Origin: an uncultured virus (IMG/VR IMGVR_UViG_3300029288_000003) | Lineage: Duplodnaviria; Heunggongvirae; Uroviricota; Caudoviricetes | Direction: 5' to 3' (one strand) | DNA length: 64,000 nucleotides | IMG/VR virus record: IMGVR_UViG_3300029288_000003 | Shown here: positions 1 to 7,485 of the stretch, piece after piece | Position numbering within the stretch: position 1 is the first letter of the stretch | How the letters are laid out: every line of letters starts with the position of its first letter | Notes under the pieces: generated by a model | Database searches by the model: none | Seen by the model: only the letters and a program-made list of their open reading frames with translations | Told to the model about the DNA's origin: nothing | Position numbers and translations under genes: made by a program

Positions 1-259
1 CCCAACACACCAATGACTTGCAAATTCGGGTTGGCGGACTCTTTTTAACAGCCTCATCTGGGTTAATACCCTTCGATAGCCGCTGAACAAGAGTCTGATA
101 AGATACCTCACAACGGGGGTCTTGTGTGATTAACTTGATGGTGGAAAAACTTTGTCCCCAAACTTCAACGTGGCGTCGAGGAAACAAAACAGTACCGCCA
201 GCCTGCTTAATTAGATCAACAGCGGCCTTAACTTCTGGCGACAAACTAACTTGTGACAT
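1..259 (-). CDS. Partial hypothetical protein, possible small DNA-binding domain (runs off window edge)
   Basis: Own translation MSQVSLSPEVKAAVDLIKQAGG...VSYQTLVQRLSKGINPDEAV...; GGAGG RBS upstream on minus strand; absent from the ORF track because it is truncated. Confidence 0.65.
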   Translation of the reverse strand, partial: MSQVSLSPEVKAAVDLIKQAGGTVLFPRRHVEVWGQSFSTIKLITQDPRCEVSYQTLVQRLSKGINPDEAVKKSPPTRICKSLVCW

Positions 260-310
260 ACAAACCTCCAATTTAAAACAAATTTGATTAACCTAAACCA
301 ACTGATTATA

Positions 311-327
311 TGCAAATCCCGTGCCAA
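311..327 (-). promoter_or_regulatory. Sigma-54 (RpoN)-type -24/-12 promoter
   Basis: Minus strand TTGGCACGGGATTTGCA matches TGGCAC-N5-TTGC; lies about 50 nt upstream of the leftward gene. Confidence 0.65.
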
Positions 328-370
328 AATTTTTAAAATTTTTGGTAAAATGTAACGATTTTAACGATTT

Positions 371-406
371 TACTTGTTTTTTCACCCCTCAAAACAGTCT
401 ATTATA
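371..406 (+). promoter_or_regulatory. Conserved 36-bp promoter/operator motif, copy 1
   Basis: TACTTGTTTTTT-cacccc-TCAAAACAGTCTATTATA; the flanks are identical to the copies at 36396-36431 (+) and 35971-36006 (-). Confidence 0.7.
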
Positions 407-430
407 TAAGGGGAGACTCCCTACCTACTT

Positions 431-460
431 ATAGTATACCTGATGAAAGTAAAAAGTCAA
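431..460 (-). promoter_or_regulatory. Sigma-70-type leftward promoter
   Basis: Minus strand TTGACT-N16-TATACT (or N18-TACTAT). Confidence 0.5.
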
Positions 461-461
461 G

Positions 462-968
462 ATGGCAAGATGCGAATTTACTTACTCTAATGGCCAGTGC
501 AGTGAAGAAGCCTTGGAAGGCGAAAAATACTGTAGCCTCCATACGCATGTTGACCCCGAAAAGCATCAAAAACGATTATATAATCTGTTAAAGTATAAAT
601 ATCGTACTCGATATGAACAGATTGGTGAACATGAGGCTTTGAGAAGTCTACGAGACGAAGTGGCTATTTCAAAGATGATGCTTGAAGAAACTCTAAACTC
701 CATTCAAAATGATTCGGAGTTTATTGCATCACGGGCTGACCTTGCGCAGCAATTGGCAACGGTTGAAAAACTTGTAGCTTCCATGATTAAAATGGAAACT
801 TCATTAGGTAGTCTTTTAGCAAAACCGACTTTGTTAAAGATTGCTGGCGAGATTGTTCAGATTCTATTGGAAAAATTAAAGGATGTTCCTAACCACGAAG
901 TTCTCATTGATGAAATTAGTGCGGCTATACTAAAGACAATCGGCAACGTCAAAGAGAATGTAGACTAA
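462..968 (+). CDS. Putative terminase small subunit
   Basis: First gene of the packaging arm; N-terminal C-x8-C-x10-C-x2-H zinc motif followed by a helical region. Confidence 0.45.
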   Translation: MARCEFTYSNGQCSEEALEGEKYCSLHTHVDPEKHQKRLYNLLKYKYRTRYEQIGEHEALRSLRDEVAISKMMLEETLNSIQNDSEFIASRADLAQQLATVEKLVASMIKMETSLGSLLAKPTLLKIAGEIVQILLEKLKDVPNHEVLIDEISAAILKTIGNVKENVD

Positions 969-989
969 TCGCGTCGGAATATTTTGAAA

Positions 990-2009
990 ATGAATTTTCA
1001 CGTTATCGGCTTACCCAGTACACGGACTAATGAATTTAGTAGTTGTGCTTTTACCGCTTTAACTGCTAATTTTGTTAAAATGATGCGATCACTCGGCCAT
1101 AAAGTATATCATTATGGCGTTGGTTGTGATGTGGACTGCGAAGAAGATATAGAACTTATGTATCCAGTTTCAATGGATTGGAGCGGAGGGGCAAAGTATT
1201 GGACTCAATATAATGAAACCATTATCAACGAAGTTAATAAACGAAAAACTCTCGGAGATTTTGTTTGCGTTATAAATGGCCGTTTAAATCAGCTACTTGA
1301 GAATATTTCACACGTTCAAGTTGTTGAGTATGCAATAGGATATACAGGAACTTTTGCAAAATATCGTGTGTTTGCATCATATTCACACATGCATAAAATT
1401 TGGGGAGCGCAAGGCGGATTAGACCCAGATGGAAAATTTTATGACGCCGTGATTCCTCACTATCTTGATCCCGACCATTATACATTGCAAACAAAGAAAA
1501 GTGATTATTTTCTTTATATTGGACGCCTAGTTTCTCGAAAAGGTGTTCAAGTTGCCGTAGATACGTGTAAAGAATTAGGAGTTAGATTAGTCATTGCTGG
1601 TCCTGGTGAGCAAATTTATAAGGGTGGAAACCTAGAATACGTTGGTTCGGTATCTGGACAACAACGACTTGAACTCTATCAAAATGCAATCGCTACTTTT
1701 GTTCCTACACTCTATGTTGAACCATTTGGAATGACAGTAATTGAATCACAAATGTGTGGTACTCCGGTCATTACAACTGACTGGGGAGCCTTTCCTGAAA
1801 CAGTAGAACAAGGACGAGTGGGATTTCGATGCCGAACATTAGATCAATTTGTTCGTGCTGCAAAAAGTATTCAAGATTTAGACCCCGTGTATATTAGAGA
1901 TTTTGCTATTAAAAATTGGAGTCTTAATGTAATCAAATATCGTTATCAAGAATATTTTAACACCCTGGCTGATTTGTGGGGCCAGGGCTGGAAAACCATC
2001 CACCAATAA
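990..2009 (+). CDS. Glycosyltransferase, GT4 (GT-B fold)
   Basis: YIGRLVSRKG, EPFGMTVIESQMCGTPVITTDWGAFPE (E-x7-E GT4 motif). Confidence 0.9.
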   Translation: MNFHVIGLPSTRTNEFSSCAFTALTANFVKMMRSLGHKVYHYGVGCDVDCEEDIELMYPVSMDWSGGAKYWTQYNETIINEVNKRKTLGDFVCVINGRLNQLLENISHVQVVEYAIGYTGTFAKYRVFASYSHMHKIWGAQGGLDPDGKFYDAVIPHYLDPDHYTLQTKKSDYFLYIGRLVSRKGVQVAVDTCKELGVRLVIAGPGEQIYKGGNLEYVGSVSGQQRLELYQNAIATFVPTLYVEPFGMTVIESQMCGTPVITTDWGAFPETVEQGRVGFRCRTLDQFVRAAKSIQDLDPVYIRDFAIKNWSLNVIKYRYQEYFNTLADLWGQGWKTIHQ

Positions 2010-2040
2010 ACTCCCCCTAACAAAGTAAAGAGGTTTTACT

Positions 2041-2508
2041 ATGGCAGTACGAAAAGCGTTTTATCCTGGCTCAACTTTTGACGGTTTTACAACGGGAAAT
2101 CCTGATCGAGATAGTCGATTAGATGATTGCCGAGTAACTCCACAAGATTTCGATCAACTAGCGGCTGAAATTATAGCACTTGAAACTACGGGTGGCCCCA
2201 GCGGCCCATCAGGTCCGAGTGGCCCATCAGGTCCGAGTGGTCCGAGTGGTCCGTCAGGCCCAGAAGGTGCTACAGGCCCATCAGGCCCGTCGGGTCCGAG
2301 CGGTCCAGAAGGTGCTACAGGCCCGTCAGGTCCGAGCGGCCCAGAAGGCCCAAGTGGCCCCTCCGGTCCAAGCGGTCCAGAAGGCCCAACTGGTCCGAGT
2401 GGTCCCGATAGTGCAGCATGGCTACCAGCACAGCCTGCTAATGGCTCAAGTTATGTGTTATCTGTTGATGGCAGTGGAGTTGTAACTTGGGCGGTTCATT
2501 CCGCATAA
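2041..2508 (+). CDS. Collagen-like (Gly-Pro-Ser) virion fibre/decoration protein
   Basis: Continuous G-X-Y repeat; N-terminus shared with the 29019 protein; foldon-like C-terminus. Confidence 0.75.
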   Translation: MAVRKAFYPGSTFDGFTTGNPDRDSRLDDCRVTPQDFDQLAAEIIALETTGGPSGPSGPSGPSGPSGPSGPSGPEGATGPSGPSGPSGPEGATGPSGPSGPEGPSGPSGPSGPEGPTGPSGPDSAAWLPAQPANGSSYVLSVDGSGVVTWAVHSA

Positions 2509-2523
2509 CAATTGAATGTAAAG

Positions 2524-2555
2524 CCTGGACTCATCATTGAGTCCAGGTATCCTTT
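2524..2555 (+). terminator. Stem-loop / probable terminator
   Basis: CCTGGACTCA-tcat-TGAGTCCAGG directly after the stop codon of the 2041 gene. Confidence 0.55.
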
Positions 2556-2569
2556 ATTGGGAGAGTTAT

Positions 2570-2794
2570 ATGACCAAGAGTATTTTCGCAAGTAAAACAT
2601 TATGGGTTAATACAATATCTTTAGTAGCGACAGGAACAGGATTTTTTGCTGGCGCTTTAACTGCCCATCCTGATCTTGTATGTTGGCTCGTGCTTATACA
2701 AGCTGCTGCAAATATTGTATTACGCTTTATGACAAAAGAACCAGTCAGTGTTGTGTCAAAGAAACCACAGTCTGACGTAGCAACGAGTACGTAA
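2570..2794 (+). CDS. Putative holin (two TM segments)
   Basis: MTKSIFASKTLWVN..., two hydrophobic helices, NIVLRFMT motif typical of small phage holin-like proteins. Confidence 0.55.
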   Translation: MTKSIFASKTLWVNTISLVATGTGFFAGALTAHPDLVCWLVLIQAAANIVLRFMTKEPVSVVSKKPQSDVATST

Positions 2795-2796
2795 AC

Positions 2797-2979
2797 ATGG
2801 CAAAAAAGAAAACAAAGAAATGGATTCAAAGTGCTGATATTCAGGAAGGGGCACTAACTAAAAAGGCCGAAGCAAAAGGTATGACAATCACTCAATACTG
2901 TGCCCAGCCTAATTTAAGTTCAAAATCGCAAAAACAGTGCAATTTAGCAAAAACTTTTGCTAAAATGCGGCACCGATAA
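2797..2979 (+). CDS. Small basic protein
   Basis: KKWIQSA...GAL...NLAKTF; Lys-rich, 60 aa. Confidence 0.55.
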   Translation: MAKKKTKKWIQSADIQEGALTKKAEAKGMTITQYCAQPNLSSKSQKQCNLAKTFAKMRHR

Positions 2980-3081
2980 CGCCGCGACCTACCAGTCCCA
3001 TAGGTCGCCATGCAGGAGCCGGGGGCCACAAAAGCCGATGCCCCCGGCTTGGGATACAACACAATTTTATGGGAGAGAAAA

Positions 3082-3855
3082 ATGTTAAAGAATGTTAATC
3101 CTTGGATAACTGCCGTGGTGTTGGCAGTGTTAGTTTTAGCAGGAAGTTTTACGGTCTATGATCGTTATGTTGTCCATCGGGCCAATCCGAGTGCGTATGA
3201 TAATTTAGCTCCTGGCCCGGTAGTTAATGCGAAAGCCGATGTGGTAATTGAAGGACCAAATGCTATTAAAATCGGTCAATTAGCTAGGTTAGACGTGTCA
3301 AAATCGGCCGGAAAGACATTTAAATGGAAGGTTTTACCGACTACAACTGATTTTGAAGTATATGATGATGGTCGTCGGGCTGTATTTTCATCGGGCCTTC
3401 CTGGTGATTTTACATTCATTGTAGCCTGTGCTAATGACAACGATGTAGACGTTAAAACGTATGTCGTTAAAGTTGGTGAAGGCGGCGATGTTACCCCTCC
3501 CGGACCTGGACCAGTAAATCCGGCTACTGGCATGGCAGGTAAGGTTGTAGAATTAACTCGACTGGTAAATTCACCTAATAAGAAAGCCGAAGCTGGTAAA
3601 TTAGCTGCCGGTTTTACTGAGGTTGTGAAACAAATTCAAGATGGTCAACTAACAAATGCCGATCAAATTATTGAGGCTCAGAAACTTGCCAATCGTGCGG
3701 CTGTTGGTAATAGTCTTGCATTATGGGTTCCATTCCTTGAGGCTTTGCAAAAAGAAATGAAAAACCAAGCAGAGTCAGGTTTACTTGTTACACCTGAACA
3801 ACATGCGGTACTTTGGAAGCAGATTGCAGATGGATTAAATCTTGTAGCAAAGTGA
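3082..3855 (+). CDS. Membrane-anchored protein with Ig/PKD-like beta domain, Pro linker and helical C-terminal domain
   Basis: N-terminal TM helix; beta-rich segment; PPGPGPVNP linker; start refined to the ATG after the GGGAGAG RBS. Confidence 0.6.
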   Translation: MLKNVNPWITAVVLAVLVLAGSFTVYDRYVVHRANPSAYDNLAPGPVVNAKADVVIEGPNAIKIGQLARLDVSKSAGKTFKWKVLPTTTDFEVYDDGRRAVFSSGLPGDFTFIVACANDNDVDVKTYVVKVGEGGDVTPPGPGPVNPATGMAGKVVELTRLVNSPNKKAEAGKLAAGFTEVVKQIQDGQLTNADQIIEAQKLANRAAVGNSLALWVPFLEALQKEMKNQAESGLLVTPEQHAVLWKQIADGLNLVAK

Positions 3856-3862
3856 GAGTAAC

Positions 3863-4897
3863 ATGGAACGGCGGGACTTTTTAAAGCTATCGGCACTAGC
3901 TGGAACGGGATTTTTTCTAGGACTTAAACTACCACAAATTGCAAATGCAGGCAGTTTTACAAGCATAGCTTCAAAATTAGCTCGGCAAGAAGAACCAATT
4001 TATGGTGGTTGGATTAGTAGCCCAGAAAGTCGCCGTATATTTATTAAAGGCAATCCTAAGCCATTTATGAATCAATTAGATTCAGCAATTCGTGGTACAG
4101 GATCGGGTAAACAGGCTTTATTGTGGCCATTTTTTGAAAAAGTGACAGGTGGGCCACTTAAACCACATTACCAAGAAATCGGTGACTGTGTTAGTCATGC
4201 TTATGGATTAGGAATTGATATTTTAACAGGGGTTCAAATTGCAAAAAGAAATTCTCCACAACGCTGGGTTGCTCCTGCGGCTACAGAAGTAATCTACGGC
4301 GGCGGTAGAATTGAAATTGGTCGTCAAGTATATAATAAAGGATTTTGGGGCGATGGCATGGATGGCTACATGGCGGCGGAATTTATCAAAAAGTACGGTG
4401 TACTATTACGTCAAAAATATTTAGACTGGGACTTCACTCAATATGACGGCGATGTAGCCAGAAAATTGGGGCGAACAGGAGTACCAGACGAACTAGAGCC
4501 TTTGTGTAGATTACATCCCATTGGATGGTGTGCTTTAGTAAATTCCTGGGATGAGGCTCGTGACTGTATTTATAACGGTTATCCGGTTATATTATGTAGT
4601 AATCAAGGATTTAGTACAAGACGCGGGCGTGACCAGAATGGTTATTTAACACCGAGTCGCGTGACTTGGAATCATGCCATGTTATTGGCAGGCGTTGATG
4701 AAGCATGTGACCGCCCCGGTGGGTGTATAATAAACTCATGGGGATCGGATTGGGTTGATGGCGGCATAAAATTAAATCAACCAGCCGGGTCTTTTTGGGC
4801 TGATGCCAGTGTTATTGATAGAATGTGCAAGCAAGGTGATACAATTGCCATTTCATCGTATGCTGGTTATCCACGTCAGGATTATAACTTATGGTAA
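3863..4897 (+). CDS. Papain-like (C1-type) cysteine peptidase with twin-arginine signal
   Basis: MERRDFLK + hydrophobic stretch + ANA; QEIGDCVSHA, WNHAMLLAG, IINSWG (Cys/His/Asn triad). Confidence 0.8.
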   Translation: MERRDFLKLSALAGTGFFLGLKLPQIANAGSFTSIASKLARQEEPIYGGWISSPESRRIFIKGNPKPFMNQLDSAIRGTGSGKQALLWPFFEKVTGGPLKPHYQEIGDCVSHAYGLGIDILTGVQIAKRNSPQRWVAPAATEVIYGGGRIEIGRQVYNKGFWGDGMDGYMAAEFIKKYGVLLRQKYLDWDFTQYDGDVARKLGRTGVPDELEPLCRLHPIGWCALVNSWDEARDCIYNGYPVILCSNQGFSTRRGRDQNGYLTPSRVTWNHAMLLAGVDEACDRPGGCIINSWGSDWVDGGIKLNQPAGSFWADASVIDRMCKQGDTIAISSYAGYPRQDYNLW

Positions 4898-5151
4898 AAT
4901 TATGGCGTCGGTTAGTAGTTTGGTTACGATCACTTTTGGTTGCTTTATTTTTCAAGAAACCAATACAATGGTCTAATAAATTGGGCGAATTATTCAGTAT
5001 TATTATGGATGCATTAAAAATGCAAGAAGATAAATCAGGAACAACGCCTAAACCAACACCTACTCCTGAACCTAAAAAGCCTATTCCCGACTATAATTTA
5101 ATTCCTAAACGACCAGTGAGAGACTTTTTTAAAAAATTGCTAGGACGCTAA
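4891..5151 (+). CDS. Small membrane-associated Pro-rich protein
   Basis: Amphipathic/hydrophobic N-terminus, PKPTPTPEP linker. Confidence 0.5.
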   Translation: MVKLWRRLVVWLRSLLVALFFKKPIQWSNKLGELFSIIMDALKMQEDKSGTTPKPTPTPEPKKPIPDYNLIPKRPVRDFFKKLLGR

Positions 5152-5152
5152 G

Positions 5153-5422
5153 ATGCACTGTCTTTATTTTACAGCAAAATGGTGTTCTGTATGCCGCATA
5201 ATGCGTCCAATAATTGAACAGTTGCAAAAAGAGGGTTATGATATTCTCATCATAGATACTGATAAGGATAAAAAGAACACTCAAAAATATAATATTGAAT
5301 CGTTACCTACAACCCTAATTTTACAAAATGATACAGAAGTAGAACGGTTTGTAGGGCGCATTTCTATTGAAGAATTGCGTAAACATCTAACAAAGAAAGT
5401 GTCAGACTATAAGATATGGTAA
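5153..5422 (+). CDS. Thioredoxin-like protein
   Basis: FTAKWCSVC, cis-Pro loop SLPT. Confidence 0.85.
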   Translation: MHCLYFTAKWCSVCRIMRPIIEQLQKEGYDILIIDTDKDKKNTQKYNIESLPTTLILQNDTEVERFVGRISIEELRKHLTKKVSDYKIW

Positions 5423-5712
5423 CATTTCGACTTATTTATCGTCGTGCATTGAATGAAAGTTACCGGGAAGGGCGACTTTCTAAGGAAGATTATGAAGTAT
5501 TGTTAGACGCTTACAAGCGCCCATACCGACATAATGAGAAAGGTGAAAAGATCGACCTTATGGCAGAGGTCGAAAAGAAAACACGCCGACATGCTCGCGG
5601 TTGGCCAGAAATTTGGGCTTGGATTAAAGAAAATTGGGTTTTAATTCTCAAGTTACTTTTTAGTTTACTTCCATTATTTGTAATGGTCGATCCAAAACAA
5701 CCACAAGACTAA
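5416..5712 (+). CDS. Hypothetical protein with C-terminal TM segment
   Basis: WAWIKENWVLILKLLFSLLPLF. Confidence 0.55.
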   Translation: MVTFRLIYRRALNESYREGRLSKEDYEVLLDAYKRPYRHNEKGEKIDLMAEVEKKTRRHARGWPEIWAWIKENWVLILKLLFSLLPLFVMVDPKQPQD

Positions 5713-5793
5713 AATCAAAGAGCCGTACAGGTGAACGCATACAACAAATTAACGCGAACCTGTAGATTTAAACAACAATCGGCTCTGAAAATA

Positions 5794-7458
5794 ATGAGTG
5801 ATCTAATTAAACTATTTAAGGAAGCCCTGGCAACGGGACTCAAAAGTCAAGTGCTGACGACTTGCTCACGATGGTCTGAATACCGACGTGTCATGGGCGA
5901 GCCGTTCCCTGGTCCTTATAGTTATAAGTATCACCCCTGGTGCCGAGAAATTAGTGACTCGACGGCTCCCTTTAATTCCACGATGAAGGGGGCACAGTTG
6001 GGAATTACTGAGGTTGCAATAAATAGAGCATTTTATACGATTGACATTTTAAGACGCGATGTTCTATATGTACTACCAACAGCAATCAATGCGGCAGATT
6101 TTTCAAAATCTCGGTTTAAGGCCGCACTATTAAATAGTCCTTACCTAGAATCAATTTTTACCGATACAAATACAATTAGTTTGAAACAAGCCGGAGGCGT
6201 GAATCTTTATATACGTGGTAGTCGTGGTGATAGCAACTTGAAATCTATTCCAGTTTCAACTCTAATTCTTGATGAATTAGATGAAATGGACCAGGATCAA
6301 ATTTGGTTAGCCTTAGAACGTCTTAGTGGTCAACGCGAAAAAAGTGTGTGGGCAATTTCAACTCCAAAGATTCCAAATAAAGGTATCCATAAATTATACA
6401 TGCAGGGGTCGCAGGAACAATGGATTTTTAAGTGCCCTAGATGTGGACGATCCACTCAATTTATTTGGCCAGACTGTGTAGAAATCATTGGTGAAGCGGT
6501 AACTGATCCGCGTTGTGCTGAATCGTATCTTAAATGTAAAGAATGTAAAGGACGTATTGAACAGGAAGAGAAACCTGAATTCTTAGCGACAGGTATTTGG
6601 GTGCCTAATTCTAATGAATTTAGTAAAGATCATCGTAGTTTTCATCTAAATCAATTATACTCATACACAGTAACAGCAGGGGAATTAGTTGTAGCTCATT
6701 TTCGTGGAATGGGTGATGAAGCGGCAGCAACCGAATTTCATAACTCTAAATTAGGTATCCCCTACATTGGTGATGGTGCGAAAGTTACAGATGAAATTTT
6801 TGACGGTTGTTTAAAAGGACATACTAAGGGTGATGCTCGTCCGAGAACTGGTGGTGAGCGCCTTATTACAATGGGGATTGACGTGGGAAAGCTATGTCAC
6901 ATTGTTGTAATGGAGTGGTTTATGGATTCAATGGGGCGTGACCTTAATGTTGCAGCAATGGGTAAATTATTATGGGAAGGAACCTTGTTAGGGTCTGAAT
7001 TCGAGAGGTTTGATTATTTAATGCGAGAGTGGCAAATTCTTGCCTGTGTAATTGATGCCTCACCATTTACAACAGACGCCAGACGTTTTGCTAGACGATT
7101 TCCTGGATATGTTACACTTTGTAATTACCGTGCTGGTCGAACTGGAAAAGAAATGACTGTTGTTGAAGATGAATTAGGTACACCAACGGCAACGGTTGAC
7201 AGAACTTCTTGGATGGATGCATCATTAGGACGTTTTCACAGTCAACGAATTATGTTACCTTGTGATGTGAGTCGAGAATTTAGGGAGCATATCAAATCTT
7301 CGGTTCGCATTTATGAAAAAGATAATCAAAATAATTATGTTGCATCGTACACTGACACAGGGCCAGACCACTTTGCCCATGCTTTAACGTATGCAGAAAT
7401 TGCGTTGCCACTCGCAGCCAGTTATGTACAAAATCAACCTGTAAAAGCCTTTTTATAA
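5794..7458 (+). CDS. terL: Terminase large subunit (lambda GpA-like)
   Basis: KGAQLGITE Walker A variant, LILDELD Walker B, ISTP, CPRC/CKEC zinc motif, MGIDVG nuclease motif, DHFAHA. Confidence 0.9.
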   Translation: MSDLIKLFKEALATGLKSQVLTTCSRWSEYRRVMGEPFPGPYSYKYHPWCREISDSTAPFNSTMKGAQLGITEVAINRAFYTIDILRRDVLYVLPTAINAADFSKSRFKAALLNSPYLESIFTDTNTISLKQAGGVNLYIRGSRGDSNLKSIPVSTLILDELDEMDQDQIWLALERLSGQREKSVWAISTPKIPNKGIHKLYMQGSQEQWIFKCPRCGRSTQFIWPDCVEIIGEAVTDPRCAESYLKCKECKGRIEQEEKPEFLATGIWVPNSNEFSKDHRSFHLNQLYSYTVTAGELVVAHFRGMGDEAAATEFHNSKLGIPYIGDGAKVTDEIFDGCLKGHTKGDARPRTGGERLITMGIDVGKLCHIVVMEWFMDSMGRDLNVAAMGKLLWEGTLLGSEFERFDYLMREWQILACVIDASPFTTDARRFARRFPGYVTLCNYRAGRTGKEMTVVEDELGTPTATVDRTSWMDASLGRFHSQRIMLPCDVSREFREHIKSSVRIYEKDNQNNYVASYTDTGPDHFAHALTYAEIALPLAASYVQNQPVKAFL

Positions 7459-7485
7459 ATCGGCAAGGCAAAAAGGTAGAAAAAT

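Noticed and set aside
440..450. Hammerhead ribozyme core CTGATGA
   Set aside because: No flanking stems or correctly placed GAAA; better explained as the spacer of a leftward promoter.
2180..2485. Alternative-frame ORFs over the collagen repeats (also 29776, 29782, 29829, 30138, 30666, 30761, 30944)
   Set aside because: Shadow frames of GGN-CCN-(TCN/AGY) repeats, which lack stop codons; no RBS or independent signal.
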